Shown here piece after piece: positions 26,166-42,633 of a DNA stretch of 64,000 bases (positions are counted from its first letter, which is position 1; the number at the start of each line of letters is the position of its first letter). The notes beneath the pieces are model-generated. The model worked only from the letters and a program-made list of their open reading frames with translations, made no database searches and was not told the origin of the DNA. The position numbers and the translations under genes were made by a program. This DNA is from the human T2T-CHM13v2.0 reference genome, Homo sapiens: the NCBI RefSeq assembly GCF_009914755.1, contig NC_060931.1. One strand, 5' to 3'.

Positions 26166-27579
26166 TGCTTGAATGAAAGTAGAATGGCCTCTTGGCTAAG
26201 GCTACCTGAGACCTGCTTCCTGGCTGTTCATCAAATTCGATCAAGCCCTGGCACAGGTCATTTCTTACACTGTGCAGTCCTGGGTTTCTGAATTTCGTAA
26301 TCTTGGGTTCATAGCACAACAAAGGAAGTTGAGTGTTTTCATGAAATAAATCTTCACCAAGCAATTATATGGCTCTATTTTAAAAAATGGTCTCCACCTG
26401 ATAGGTACACACCAAAGTTACAAAACACATTCAGGAACACAGGAAAGCAATCTGGGAGGCACCTTGCTGCACGTTTCAGGAGGGGAAAAAACGAAGATGA
26501 ATTTCTTGTTCTCTGGAAGGAGGCATCGGTTGACCTAAGCCGTGCAGCAGAAGGCTAAGGATCAACCAAGTTGTTCTCCTAAACTGTCCATGGTGGAGAC
26601 AAGCCTGGCTTGTGGGCTATTCTCTGAGAGGCCATCTATTAATCAAAGACCACCTATCAGAAAGCCATTCGTCCTGAAATCAAGTGTGTTTGTGATCTGC
26701 TTCGCAGCAGCAGTCTCTAACCGAGGGCCACCCTTCTATGTGAAGGGGGTGGGCGGACTCAAGGCAGGACCACCCCAGGTCCTGTGCAAGCCACTCTCAG
26801 CCCAGAACATCAGAAGCTCTGGAGCCCAAGCTACCAGAACCACAGGTGTGTTTCCAGCTCTGAGTGACAGCTCTGAATCCACCAGTCCCCAGTGGGTAAA
26901 TACAGCTGAAATATAGACTGGTAGTTTAAAGATGTTTTCACCCATTGGTGCTGCGATCCAGCCACCACACAGGGCGTTGCGTGTCATAGTAAATGTGTTT
27001 TAATTCTGAACATTGGCTCTGCAGAAACTGCAAGTTACCCTCATCTGGCAACGTGAGAGCAGCAACGCCTGCGGTGGAGAGAAACCGCTTAGCTGACAGG
27101 GCCTGAGCTCCAACAGCTGCCTGGAGACCCTCTGGGCCAGTGGCCCTGTGGCCCCCGAGAAGTCAGAGGCAAGCAAACATCCTGTGGGTAAGGCTCCCTT
27201 TTGAAAGTGGGAACTGTTTCCAATGCTTCACCCCTCACGGCTCCTTCCCACTCCTCCCAGGATCTCATTCCTGAAGAGCCCGTCACAGGCAAGGAGGGAA
27301 AGCCAGCCACATGCACCCTGCAGCCCATCACCCCTGCACCTGAGTGCTCCTCCCAGCTGGGCCCCGTGTTGATATTTTGTCTGGCATGCAGCTTCAGATG
27401 GTGTGAAAATTCCTGACACTCCAGTAGCAAAAGCATAGGACACGGAATAAGATGAGGGGAGCTGAAAGAGGTGGCTGTGCCCGGAACGGTGACTAGAATG
27501 GCACGAGTGCACGCTGAATCATGGCCCCTGTTCATGGAGAATGTGTTTACTTCGTGTAGTTATTTATACATTACAGACA

Positions 27580-28100
<521 letters not shown>

Positions 28101-30689
28101 CCCAGCCAATGGGGGATATTGCTGGGGGCTCCCGAGTTGGTGCTGGGGTCCCCTGTTCTGGCCACAGGTGGTAGCGTGTGTCACGGTTTGCTACCCGTGG
28201 GCATCGCATTCCACATCGTCGACCACGGGATGCCCTTTGCTGCTCCTGAAAAGTCCATCTACCAGCTGTCCCTCTGAGGCCCTCAGCCTGGCGGGTGGAG
28301 GGCAGTTCTGTTGGCATTTCTGGCTCCAATCCATGGGCAACACGGGGCCCTCGGGGGTTTGTGTGGGGTTCCCTCAGTTCTCACTCCTGGCAGCAGCCTG
28401 GACCTGCAGGCCAGCACAGCTTCAAACGCACCTTGCTGGAAGGAGCTGGGGCTTCCTCCTCCCCTGCTGGGGGTGATGTACGCCTGTCCATCTGTGGCCC
28501 CTGTAGGTCTTGGGGAAAGTTGAATCAGACAATCTCTAATCGCTCTCTCATCCCTGGCCTTTCTTCTTTTCTATTTAAAGGTGGTTGCTATCCTGCCTTG
28601 CCTTCCTTGGGCCATGCACTACGAAGTGTTTTTGTCAGAAGCTAGGACCCTGTGCAGTTCTCATCAGTGTGCACAAAAGCTGAGGTTCCTGAAAGGAGGC
28701 CAGGCTGAGACCCTGCCCCATGGGAGACTCGATGCTGTGACTGTGGCCTCCTGACCTGAAGTCTGACCCTGGAGGCTGGCAGGGACTGCTGCTCCCGGGA
28801 TGCTCCAGCAGATGTGTGCATGATGTCGAAAGCCACGCAGAGACCAAGTTCTCAGAGCCTCGGCAAACCCCGATTCCTCAGTAACAGATTACTTTTTACT
28901 GCCCTGGAATGTTGCTCGCTGTATATGACACACCCACAGGTGTAGATATCAACAAGCTTTCTAATGCACTGGCCTGTCCTCATGAGGGGCCTAAGGCACA
29001 GAGAGACCCGCCTTGCTTCAGACCACGCCCTAGTGTGGCCGAGGAGGAGCGTGCCCAGAAAACACACCTTCAGTTACAGGGCCCAGCGCTCCGAGCAGCC
29101 ACCCTTCATTTCCCTCCCATGCATTTGGACAAACATGTCCTTTCTCAGCAAACTGATTCCCAATCAGCAGGTGCCAACTATAACAACGTCAAGAAATGTT
29201 TATCAGGTACCGGCATTTAATGGGATTCTGCAAAATCAAACTGGCTTTGTAGCTCACAATGAAGTCTCCATTTGGACTAAAAAGTGCACGATTTGCTATT
29301 CTCACTTAATTTTGGCCAAATTAAAAGATGCATAGAAGGCTGAGGTCTGCTTTTCTTGAATTCTTGCCGATAGACCAGCAGTGCACTTCAGAGATAAGAG
29401 CCACGAAGCTCAGAAGACATGGAGATGCAGAAGCATGTTTGGAATTCAGAATGACTATAGAGATTATGGAATGTGTGTCATTCCAAGCCCAAAGCCCTTT
29501 GCAATGGAATGAAATGCTAAAATGAGGAGCGAAAATCTTTCTTTCTTTTTCCATCATGTGGGAGAAAATGTGAAGCATGCTTATGGCGGCTTCCTTGGAA
29601 AAGATAACATCATTACCTATGTTGTTTACTATGCCAAAGCTACCCTGTGCTGGAAAAGTAACATACTTTATTACAGAGAAAGCACAAACAGTTTACCAAA
29701 AAAAATCACACACTCTTTATTCTGTTCTCTGTCTTCTATACAAAAGAGAAACAAATTCTTAAGAGACACAGGATACAGTTTACCTCCACCCTGAGCACCA
29801 AGAACAGAGCTTCCCTGTCCCCTTCCCACAACCCCAGTGGTCTGGGCCAAGAAGTCACTGAAAGCGAATCTGGGAGGAGCTTGGTTTGCAACCTGGGAGA
29901 GTGAAGTGGGGAAGTCAGAGACGCTGAGAACTTTTACGCACACACAAAACTTTTACCAAAAATAAGTTTTTGCAAAAGCTGCCATGCAGCAGAATTTGTG
30001 AATGGGGTGCAGTTTGCCAAGAGCTGAGCTTATGAATGGGGCATGCCCCAGGATCAGATGCAGATGTAAGTGTGCCATGTGGCCCACAAGTGGCTGAATG
30101 TATTTCCCCCAGGGAACCATCCCTTATAACCTGGGGTGTGTTTATGGGGCTGCAGGAGGCATCACCAGCCCATCCTTCTTGGGTTGCCCTCAGTGCCCTC
30201 AAAAGTTGAAGCTCTGGGCTCCACTCTGCCAGACCGAGGAAGCTGTCCCCTGGGATGGCTCAGCACATGAGTGCCACCTCCTCCCCACCCTGGCCTGGGG
30301 CTGCCAGGATTCCATCCACCCTGGATGGGGTGTCCTCATGTCCACATTTGCCTGACACCACAGCAGAAAGTAGAAGTGCTCAGTAGACCCTGAGGTCCTG
30401 CCGGGCAGGAATAGAAGGACTCGTCCACCTACTTAATTCCCTCTCCATCCCAACCCAGGCACAGAAAAAACACCTTATTAAAAACAAAACAATGAAATGG
30501 TGCTTCCAGAAGCAAGTACACACAATAAAAATAAAATTTAAAAAGAGGCACTACCACCAGAACAAAGAAAAAATAAGGATGGGAAAAATCAGATGAAACA
30601 GGGGCCACGTGTGCATATTGAACACGCACTGGAAGCCCCACGCCTGGGCTGACTGCGGCCGTGTGGCTGCACCTGCGTCTCCCCTGCCG

Positions 30690-30797
30690 GGCGGTTCACG
30701 TTTTGAAGGGACGTGCCAGCCGTGTTGTGTACTCATTCGTCTCCACTGCTAGCAAGGTCCTGGGCACACAGGCAGCGGTCAGTAATGTTTGTCGAAA
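30690..30797 (+). mobile_element. L2 3' end (GC-shifted)
   Basis: 'ctagcaaggtcctgggcacacaggcagcggtcagtaatgtttgtcgaa'. Confidence 0.55.
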
Positions 30798-31962
30798 GAA
30801 GAAAAGTTGCCCTTTTGTGAATTGCATTTTAGCAGTGGAGGCCCCTGTAGGAACAAGCCAGGTAACCTCACTGTTCCACGTCCTGTCGGGCTAGGAGAGC
30901 TGCTGTCATTGCATCTCAGTGGCCGACGTGGGGACCTGCCTGGGAAATTCTCCATCTCAGGACCAGAAGAGCTGGGGTGCACTACATTTTGCTTGCCTCG
31001 GTTATGCTGTTTGTCTGTGCGGACACTGCTGAAGCTGTCTCCAAATGCCACATAGGCTCAGTACTACTGTAAAATTATACTGCCTGCTGCTAGACCTTGT
31101 TAGCAAATGTTACTCTAAAAGTAACATTGTACTTTTAGAGTTACCAATTTGTTTTAAATTTTTAATTTTCTTCCTTTGCAATGACATCTTTCAACAAAAT
31201 TTGTTTCATTTAAAATTCTCTATATTTTATTTGATTTTATGCTCTGGGAAATTTTATTCTGAGAAGGAGCCCAGAGGCTTCACTGGAGGTATGTGGCCCA
31301 TCAATCTGTTAAGCAAACAAGCAAACAAAAACAATGAAAAACAATTCTTTTTAACATTCTCAGTGGTGCAATGTGTGAGCTAAATATCTTCCAGGGGCTC
31401 CTCCCTCAATGTTTTTTCTTGCAAATGACCTTTTGATAATAACTGAATAGCAGTGAGTTCCAGTGTAGTTTATCATGAAAAAAAAAAGAAAAAGGAAGAA
31501 ACAGCATTTCTATAGAATAAAAAAAAATTAGTAAACTTCAACATCCACTTTTGATTTAAAAACTCCTGGAAAACTGTGAGAACAGAATGCTCTCAACCCA
31601 ATAAAGAATGTCACCAAAAAACCTACAGCAAACATCCTGCTCTAACTGTGAAATGTCTCTTTAGAGAAAGGGAGCATTGCCCGTCCTTACCACTTCTGTT
31701 TGACATTGCACTGGAAGATCTAAGTACTTCAATAAGGCAAGAAAAGGAGTAAAAGGCAGGGGACTTCTATAGAAGAAGTAAAACTGTCACTTTTCACAGA
31801 TGATATAGCCGTGTAGGTAGAAAATCCAAAATAATCCATAGGTAAATTACTAGAATTAATGAGGACATTTTGAAAAGTTCCTGGGTTGTGGTCAATATAT
31901 AAAAATCAATTGGATATCTTTCTACTAACAGCAAACAAAATTTTAAAAAGAAAGAAAGAAAA

Positions 31963-32430
31963 CGTGGCAGATGCTTGCAGTGCCTGAGCTACATCCCATT
32001 GGCCAACCTGATTTCAGCACAGCCGTGGTGGACAGTTCCACACGCATTCCAGGGACCGCATCAAGGGAGCATCTTGGGGTCTCTGGGTTTCCGCCTCTGG
32101 GCATTCACCCAAGCCACAGAAGTCCCTGCACAGGGGGCTCAGAGGCACGCAGAAGGCCAGGAGCATCCATATCCCTGAGGCAGCCCTCAGCCACTGGAGG
32201 GTGGGACCACTGGCAAATGTGCCAACCTGCCCTTTTAGGGGGAAACCCTGAGGCCCATTCATTTCTGTGAGACCAAGCTGTGAGTGTCCACAGTGATTCT
32301 AGTTCAATAACACTCTTTTTCGGCTTCCCTCTCTTCCCTGTCCCACCCTGCCTCTCTGGATCTTGGGCAGTCCTCTAAATAAACTCCCTGCTGCCACGTT
32401 TGTCCTTCAGAGGTGTGTAAACGAAGGCCG
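31963..32430 (+). mobile_element. LTR16-family (ERVL) solo LTR
   Basis: 'tggcagatgcttgcagtgcc...gaggcagccctcagccactggaggg...ctcttccctgtccc...aaataaactccctgc'. Confidence 0.72.
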
Positions 32431-34193
32431 ATCCAGCATCGGCCGATACCAACAACTGTGAGTGAATCTTCCAGGAGGTTTGCCAGGCCTCTCTGCACAT
32501 AGTAAAATATTATCATGAGAAGTTAAAAAATAAATGAATGGAAGTATATAAAGTACTCATAAATTAGAAGACTACATAGGGTAAAGATATCAATTCACTC
32601 AAAATGGATCTATATATTAAATGCAATTTCAATCAAAACCCAAGAAACTTGTTTTAAGGAAACTTGGCAAGCTGATTCTAAAATTTTATAAAAATTCAAA
32701 GAGTAAAGAAGAGCTAAGACACTCTTGAAGAAGAAACACAAGGCAGGAAATGTGTGCTAGTAAATATTAGGATCTTTTCAATTTATAGGCATTAATATAA
32801 TGTGGTACTGGTGAAACTATAAACAAAGAGACCAATAGAAAAGAATTGACAGCCAGAAATAGACCTCTAAATTTACAGTTAATTTATTTATGAAGAATTA
32901 ATAAATGAAGAAGATGGTGATAAAGAGTGAGGACAAGCTATTCTTTTTAATAAAAGATTCTGGGACAATTAGATATGACTTTTTTTTAAAGAAGGCTTGA
33001 TTAGTACCTCATACTGTGCATATAAATCAATTACACATAAATTGTAGAACTAACTGCAAAAAATAAAACTAGACAACATGTTGAATATAATATAGGAAAA
33101 TATCTTCATGAGTTTGGGACAGGAAAAGACTTCTTCACTGGGACCATCTCCACCCCCCACAAAAAAAACTGTAAAAGATTTGATAAGGTTGTCTTTATTA
33201 AAATGAATAATTTCTGTTTGTCAAAAAGTCCATTAATCAAGTGAGAATGAGAGCCACAGATGGGAAGAATTTGCTTACAATACAAAGTACTTGTATCCAG
33301 GGTAAATAAATCTGTAAGACTAAGAAAGACAACCCAAGAGAAAACTGGGCAAGAGACTTGTTCCCATCACATCTAAACACCGGAGCCAAAACAGCCACAG
33401 TCTTTGTCACCTCTCACTACTTCTGTAGGTCACAAAATCAGCAGTGGCCCTGCCGGGCAGCTCCGACATGGGGTCTGCCCAGAGGCCACCTTCAGATGGC
33501 AGCCGGCGCTGGGCCCTCTCAGAGGGATTTTCCTCACTATTCTAGTGCTTGCTATGAAACAGCTGGGACACCCTGGCATCTCTCTTTATCCCCAAAAGGC
33601 ACACATCCAGACCCAACACAGAGAGTGCTGCACGGAAGCCACACCACACTTCCCAGCTACTCACGGAGGCTGCCACAAAGTCTAACCCAGATTCGGGGGG
33701 CAGCTGCACCCCACCCTTGTGAGAGAAGATGCTTTAAAACCATTGCAGAAGACCTTCTGCCACAGGTCATTTACATTCTTCATACAAAGCACACTTGCCT
33801 CCAACGCCACGCAGGCCACTGCTCTCCTGGCATTGAGCTCAGGGGTGAGATACCGGAACCCACTGTGTGCGTGCGTGATGACCTCATGGGGTGCAGTTCC
33901 TGGAGGGCGGCACCTCGAGGAGAGTTTCTCTCTGTCTGAAGACCGGAGAACTGAAGAGACAAGGTATCATCACACACCCCCATGAAGACCTGGGCAGACA
34001 CAGGTCAGTGTGGTGGGCGCCCTCTTTCTAAATGGAGGAGAATTGGAGACATCGCAGCCACCAGGCCACAGAAACTCAGGAATCCATGTGGGCAATTGCA
34101 GTCAACACATTGACAAAGCTTCATTCCTCCTGCCCAAGAAAGCCCCTCACGGCCCCAGGCTCTGCCCCCTGGACTCCGGGCTCTGTCCTCTGA

Positions 34194-34636
<443 letters not shown>

Positions 34637-35599
34637 AATACAATTCTTTTCAACATTTTTTGGGTTTGGTTTTTTTTTTTTTTTTTTTTGGTATATACAT
34701 TGGCTCGTAATCCACTCCATCGGACAGAAGAGCCCGCCTTGAGCGCTCCACTGAGGCAGCGCCTCCTCTGCCTTGAGCCTCCTATGAGGCTGCGTGAGAA
34801 AATGCCCTGAAGACCCTGAGAGAGACGCCTGCCTGTCTGAGGCATCGCCCGTCCATCTGCTGTCCCCACCAAGGCCTGGCCGGCTCCCTGGCCTCCTTCT
34901 TCAGACCAGGTTTCTCTGACACACTCACTTCATGGTAGTCTTCTCTGCCATCCAGAAAAGCCTGGAATGAGAAAGGTTCATTTTCACACCGGTACGTCCT
35001 GGCTCCTTCGTGCCCGGCAGTCCTTCCTCCAGCTGGTGTCCCTGCCCTCCTGTGGTCCTGTGGGCGGTGAGGGCGGTGAGGACAGTGGGCAGCAGCCCCG
35101 GTGCTCTGGCTAGAAGCCACCTGCACCCACCGTGCGGTTCCTGAGGCACAGCTTCTGCTCTCCACGTCAACACAGGTGGCCATTTTCAAAACATTTCCTC
35201 ACTCCTTCTTCATTCCTCACCAACACACACCTCATGGGGCACCCCCCGCCAGGTCCACCCTGTTCCCTCGCCGACCAACTCCAAAGCCGCCCGTGAGGGC
35301 CACAGGTTTTGATGGAGCACCGCCCTAGCCAGCAGTGGTGAAATCTGTGCCAGCCTTACTGCGTGATGCTGAATCGCCACACGCGCAGTGCGTAACACGG
35401 AAGCTCATCATTCCTTCTCTTCCCAGGTCGGTGGATCAGAAATTCAGGAGGGGCTGCTGTGGGCCACGCTGGCTCTTTTCATGATGCGGCCAGTGGCTTG
35501 CATCTGGGTCCTCCCTAAGACTCATTTAGACCTCTGGCACCGGGACTGGGATGAGTCTGGAGGGGAGCGGGAGCAGCTATGGCTACCCCAGCACTTTGC

Positions 35600-36122
35600 T
35601 CTCCCTCCCCCTCAGCCTTCTTCCTCTCTCTCTTTCCCCTCCTCAGAGCTTCTTCCCTTTCTGCTAACCTCCTCCCCTCCTTTCTCTCCTTATCTCTCTC
35701 TTCCTCCCTTTCTCCCTTTTTCCCTCCCTCTTTTCTCTCCCCTCCCCCATTTTCCTTCCTCCCCCTTCTCTCCCTCTCTCTCCCTCTCTCCCTGTCTTTC
35801 TGTCTCTGTCTCTCTGTTTCTCTCTCTGTGTGTCTCTGTCTCTCTGTCTCTCACTCTGTCTCCCTGTCTCTCTCTCTGTTTCTGTCTCTGTCTCTGTTTC
35901 TCTCTCTGTTTCTGTCTCTGTTTCCCTTTCTCTCTCTCCCTCTCTCTGTCTCTCTCTCTGTTTCTCTCTCTGTGTCTCTGTTTCTCTGTGTGTCTCTCTC
36001 TGTTTCTCCCTCTCTGTGTGTGTCTTTCTGTTTCTCCCTCTCTGTGTCTCTCTGTCTCTCTCTGTGTGTCTCTGTCTGTCTCTGTCTCTTGTCTCTCTCT
36101 GTGTGTCTCTCTCTGTCTCTCT
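35600..36122. repeat. ~520-bp pyrimidine-rich compound microsatellite (CCT/CT/TCTG)
   Basis: Almost no A on the + strand; C/T-dominated left part grades into (TCTCTG)n-like units. Confidence 0.95.
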
Positions 36123-37944
36123 GCAATTTCTCCCATGCTCTCTTCGAGCTTCAGGAAAGCAGGCCCTCTTAGACAGTAACTGAGAGATGCAGAAACACAC
36201 CCCCAGGGAAAAGAGAGAAACAGGTGGAAGCTATGAAGCCATCTGAGGCCTGCCTTGACCATCACACAGCACCACCTCTGATGAATTCCATTTGTTGAGG
36301 GAGTCACAAGTCTACCCCACATTCAAAGGGAGAGGAATTGGTATCGCCCCTTGGAATGTCAAAGAATTTGTAAACATGTTTTAAAACCACTATGTCCTGC
36401 ACAAGTGATTACCAAAGAGGATACCCACATGACTCATAAATAGATGGAAAGACACTCAACCACTTCAGTAGCCAAGCAAATTCAAACACACATCACAATG
36501 AGGTATTACTATACTCTGCAAACACCAAGTATCGGCAAGGATGTCGAGCGACAGGGAGTCCCGTGCACTGCCAGGGGAGGTGTGAATCGGCACATCCAGG
36601 TGGGAAAGCAAAGTGGCCATAGACAGGAAGGGAGCCACATGCTGAGCCCAGGGCTCCCCTCCTGGGTCCACCTGGGTGTCCATGTGCAGCAGTGATGGTG
36701 AGGTCCCGGGCACGCTGACAGCCTCTTCCCTTCATGCCAGCGCCTCTCCCCTCCTTGCTCTTGTGTGATGGAACTCAGCCCACGTACGCGGCAGCCAAGA
36801 AGCACCGAGAGTCAGATGTACCTGGAACAGCCTTCACCAATACAAGAGAGGAGTGCGTACCACAGCCGCAGGATGAGAGTAGAGAATGGTTATTAAAGGG
36901 GTGTGCTCTGTGCTTCACCAGGCAGTGCCTTTTCTCTGTTTCTGGTTAAGAAAGAATTATGGAATCTTTCACTCCAAAAATAAATTCTGCTCCCATGGGA
37001 TGAGCAGACACTTCCTCGAGCCACGAGATGGATTCTAAATGCAAGACTGGGAAACCTTTTAGGCCAACCAAGGGACACACCCCGACCAGCCCTCACTACA
37101 CGAAGGAAAATTCTTCGAGCAGCCAAGTTGAACATGAGTGGAATGAAACGAAATATTAAACCTTGTTCATGGGAAAACACCAGAATTACAAGGATGTATC
37201 ATCCTAGATTAAATTCTAATTTACCATTGCAGGAGTGAGAAAATGGACAGAAAGTAACTTAGAAACAGTGAAAAGATTTTGTGACCAAAAAAATTAAGAA
37301 GTATGAGCCTTTAATAGAGAAGAAGAACATCCCATTGGAATGAAGTCACTAAATGCTGCCAGCAGGTCGTAAGGAACTCTACCCTATTTGCGTTCCCAAT
37401 GAAAATCAGGAAAACTATGGATTCTCTCATGAAAAGTCAAAGACGAAATGGCAAGACAATGAGCTGAAATGGAAAGTAAGTTGGCTGGGATGAAGAAGGA
37501 TGGCAGAGACCGTGATCACGTGGTGAGATCCCCATTAGAATCAGCACATGGAGAGGGCGGGAGATGACGATCCCCACAGAAAATTATTCATCCACCTGGA
37601 GTCCAACCTGTAAAGCTTTCAAATGCCAACACAATGAACAGTGATAAAAGTAAAATGGGAGAAGACGGTAATTATAAAAGATAGAAAATAAAGATCCAAC
37701 GTAAAAATAATTGGAATACTTGAGGAAAATACCAAAATAAATTTTAAAAGAGCAGTATCATAAAAGTCATTAATTATGTTGATCTTCCCACATACATTGT
37801 TGGGGACAAGAAGCCATCTGTGAAACTGAAGATGGATTCGTGATGTCAGGAATAGAGGGGGAGACGGGAAGAGATGGAGAGAGGCAGAAGGAAAAGGCCA
37901 GAAGGTTTAACCAGAAATTGTCGAATACAATTCAAATTGATATC

Positions 37945-38288
37945 TGGAGTGCTTTTGGTGGGGCTCTCCCAGAAGACACCCTGAGGTGAGGGTTTGTGCA
38001 TGGATGGTTGCAACGGTGCTTGTGGGGCATGAGACGATCGTGACTCTTGGGGCCCAAATTCTCCAGCAGCTGCTGGGAGAGAGGTGTATTGTGTCCTTCA
38101 ATGTCGCCTCATTCCAGGGAGGAGAAAGCTGGGTGTGACTTGAGGACCCTGGAAACGGAACACTCCAAGGGCTTGACCTCCAGAGAAATCTCAGGCAGGG
38201 AGTTGGAGCTGCTTCCCGGGAGCCACAGGCATGGAAGAAAGCAGTGGCTGCTCAGGATGCCGGCAGAGCACGCATGGCACCTGGTGCA
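37945..38288 (-). mobile_element. ERVL-type LTR (LTR33/LTR16-like)
   Basis: 'gggctctcccagaagacaccctgaggtgagggtttgtgc...ggaggagaaagctggg'. Confidence 0.5.
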
Positions 38289-38344
38289 GCTTACAAAAGG
38301 AAAGGTGGAGATGATTCTTCCCACCATATTAAAATATAAAATGT

Positions 38345-38640
38345 GGCCGGGCTCAGTGGCTCACACCTGTAATCCCAGCACTTTGGGAGGCCGAGGTGGG
38401 CAGATCACTTGAGGTCAGGAGTTTGAGACCAGCCTAACCAACATGGTGAAACCCTATCCCTACTAAAACACAAAACTTAGCTGGGCTTGGTGGTGGACAC
38501 CTGTAATCTCAGCTACTCAGGAGGCTGAAACAGGAGAATCGAACCCAGGAGGCAGAGGTTGCAGTGAGCCAAGATCGCACCACTGCACTCCAGCCTGGGT
38601 GACAGAGCAAGACTCCCTCTCAAAAAAATATATAAGTAAA
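38345..38640 (+). mobile_element. AluSz/Sx whose tail carries an L1 insertion
   Basis: Full Alu; left flank aaaatataaaatgt reappears as aatacaaaatgt only after the L1 tail (40311-40322). Confidence 0.96.
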
Positions 38641-38642
38641 TA

Positions 38643-40305
<1,663 letters not shown>

Positions 40306-42326
40306 GATATAATACAAAATGTCAAACCCTATTGGGATGTTCCTAAACAACATCCAAGATAGCAATAGAGAAAGCAAGACCCGTGTCCATCGAGTGAGCC
40401 GTGCATGATCCAGAGTTGTGGGGAAGGGAAGAAGATAGGGAGGGAGAACGTGCAGACACAGAGGGCAGGGGGCATCCAGCTCGAGGCTGGGGTCTTGGGA
40501 TATGTGGCTCAGTGATCAGGCCAGGTGTGTACAGAGGCAGGGCTGGTCCAGGGGGCAGGGTCTGCCAGGCAGGATTGCTTTTACATCAAATCCAGAGAGG
40601 CAGAGGAGGCTGAGGGAAAATGCCAGAGGTAGAAACCAAAGAACCTATGAGGCAAAGTGCATGGAGAGGTGAAAATGATTGTTCTAGAAACTTAGCATTT
40701 ATCAAATTAGCTAGAATCCAGTTGTGTGAGGCAGAGTGCATACATCCCACAAAGCTACAAGGCATCAAATGCAACCTGTCCTCTGCCAGCTCCCTCCCCT
40801 CCTCTAACCCTCTAGTCCAGATATTTATAGATATAACAATCTAGTAATTTAAAAGTCTTCAAATGTTCTGCACTATGGAAGTCAGCTCGCCCTCCCAGCT
40901 ATATTCAAGAGCAGGAATTGATCTCTAATATTGAATGCTGTTTACTCTCAAGTTACAAATGGCACCTGCTTTTTGCCACAGTTTCTGCACTGTACTGCCC
41001 TGAAGGTCTCTTCTCACTACCATTTGACGGCTTCTACATAGGACACAGAGTAGGACTGAATAGACAAAATAAGACAGACAAGATGACACATAACATTTCT
41101 AAACTATCTGGGAGAGCCGGTATATTTCCCTCGGGGCCACCCTGCATGCTGACCCATTCTTAGGGACACGGTATATCTAAAGTGGCTGACTGTACTACTT
41201 AGTTCTAACTCAAATCTCACCTGCTGCAATTTAAGCCTCTGCAATGATATTATTAGTGAGTGCTCAGCCTACATCCCAACAGGAATATAAGATGACAACT
41301 GAAAGTTGAAGTGACACCAAAAAAGCTTAACAGAGGCGCTTCTGATGGGTATTCGGGCACCAGCAGAGGCTCCATGATGCCTCGAAAATCCAATAGCAAA
41401 TTTGTAAATCAAATCAAAAGTAGGTGAAATGAGCCCAAGTGGGAGAGCTAAGTGGAGCTGAAACAGAAGAAGGGGGAACATATTGCATTTGGTTGCTGAA
41501 TTTAAAAATGAGAGGCCATCTTGGCATGAACTAATCACTTTTTGGCTGACCACTTTCCTTCCAGTGAAGGTTCCTGTGTGGACTATCGAGTGTTATTAGA
41601 AATAGTTTCTGCCTCATATTACCTATTTTCTGGTCTTTTTTAAACCTGCTGTTAGGTTTCATTCAATTGTCACTTCTTCAGCACAAAGTCAGAGCTAATG
41701 GGGTCATGCGGACAGAATATATTGTCAGATCCAGAGCCACCCACACTCCCCAGCCTCCCCCAGTCCCTCCCACCGCCAAAAAACTTGAAGTGTCTCTACC
41801 AAAGCCACACATACCACCGCAAAAAAATGTATTGCTTGTGATGGTATATATGAATGAATGTGTGTGTTATATGTACACATCTAATCTGAATTTTTTCACA
41901 AACAAAATCAAAGGACAAAAAGTTACTCAGACGGGGCCCCAATGCTGCATCCCCCCACCCCAGGCTCCTCCAATCTCCCCATCTCTGAGTTGTGGACAGG
42001 CCTCGGGGTTTCATGAAGCTCCTGGATTAGGAAGGTGGTTGGGTGTGAGCAAGTAGGCAGGGTGACCGTGAGAGCACAAGGCAGCTCTTCTCATTCCACC
42101 ACCGCTCACACCTTCTCCATGTATGTGCACTGGTGCGCACACACAAACACACAATCTCAGAGTGAACAGAGGTACACTTCAGGCACTGACAGTGTTGACT
42201 GAATAAAAGGCATTGAGTTTAGCCTGCAACCTATAAGTGAAAAAAGCTATAAATACACTTGCAAGTGTGACCACGTCCCACGGTTACACACCCAAGGAGC
42301 GTTTACCTTGTCAAATGGAAGCAATG

Positions 42327-42633
42327 GGCTGGGCGCAGGGCTCATGCCTGCAATCCGAGCACTTTGGGAGGCCAAGGTGGGTGGATCACTTGAGGCTAGG
42401 AGTTCAAGAACAGCCTGGCCCACATGGTGAAACTCCATCTCTACTAAAAATACAAAAATTAGCAGGACATGGTGAGGGGTTCCTGTAGTCCCAGCTACTC
42501 AAGAGGATGAGGCAGGAGAATCACTTGAACCCGGGAGGCAGAGGTTGCAGTGAGCCAAGATCATGCCTCCAGCCTGGGCTACAGAGTAAGACTCCATCTC
42601 AAAAAGAAATAAATTCATTAATTAATAATAATA
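42327..42633 (+). mobile_element. AluSz/Sx
   Basis: Full Alu; TSD aaatggaagcaat / aaatggaagcgat. Confidence 0.97.

Noticed and set aside
33358-33939. 193-aa ORF
   Set aside because: Antisense to MLT1 LTR/internal sequence, non-ATG start, no recognisable domain
35388-36322. Long ORFs (263 aa Leu/Ser/Cys-rich; 178-210 aa Arg/Glu-rich)
   Set aside because: Artefacts of the stop-free CT/GA microsatellite, open in several frames on both strands
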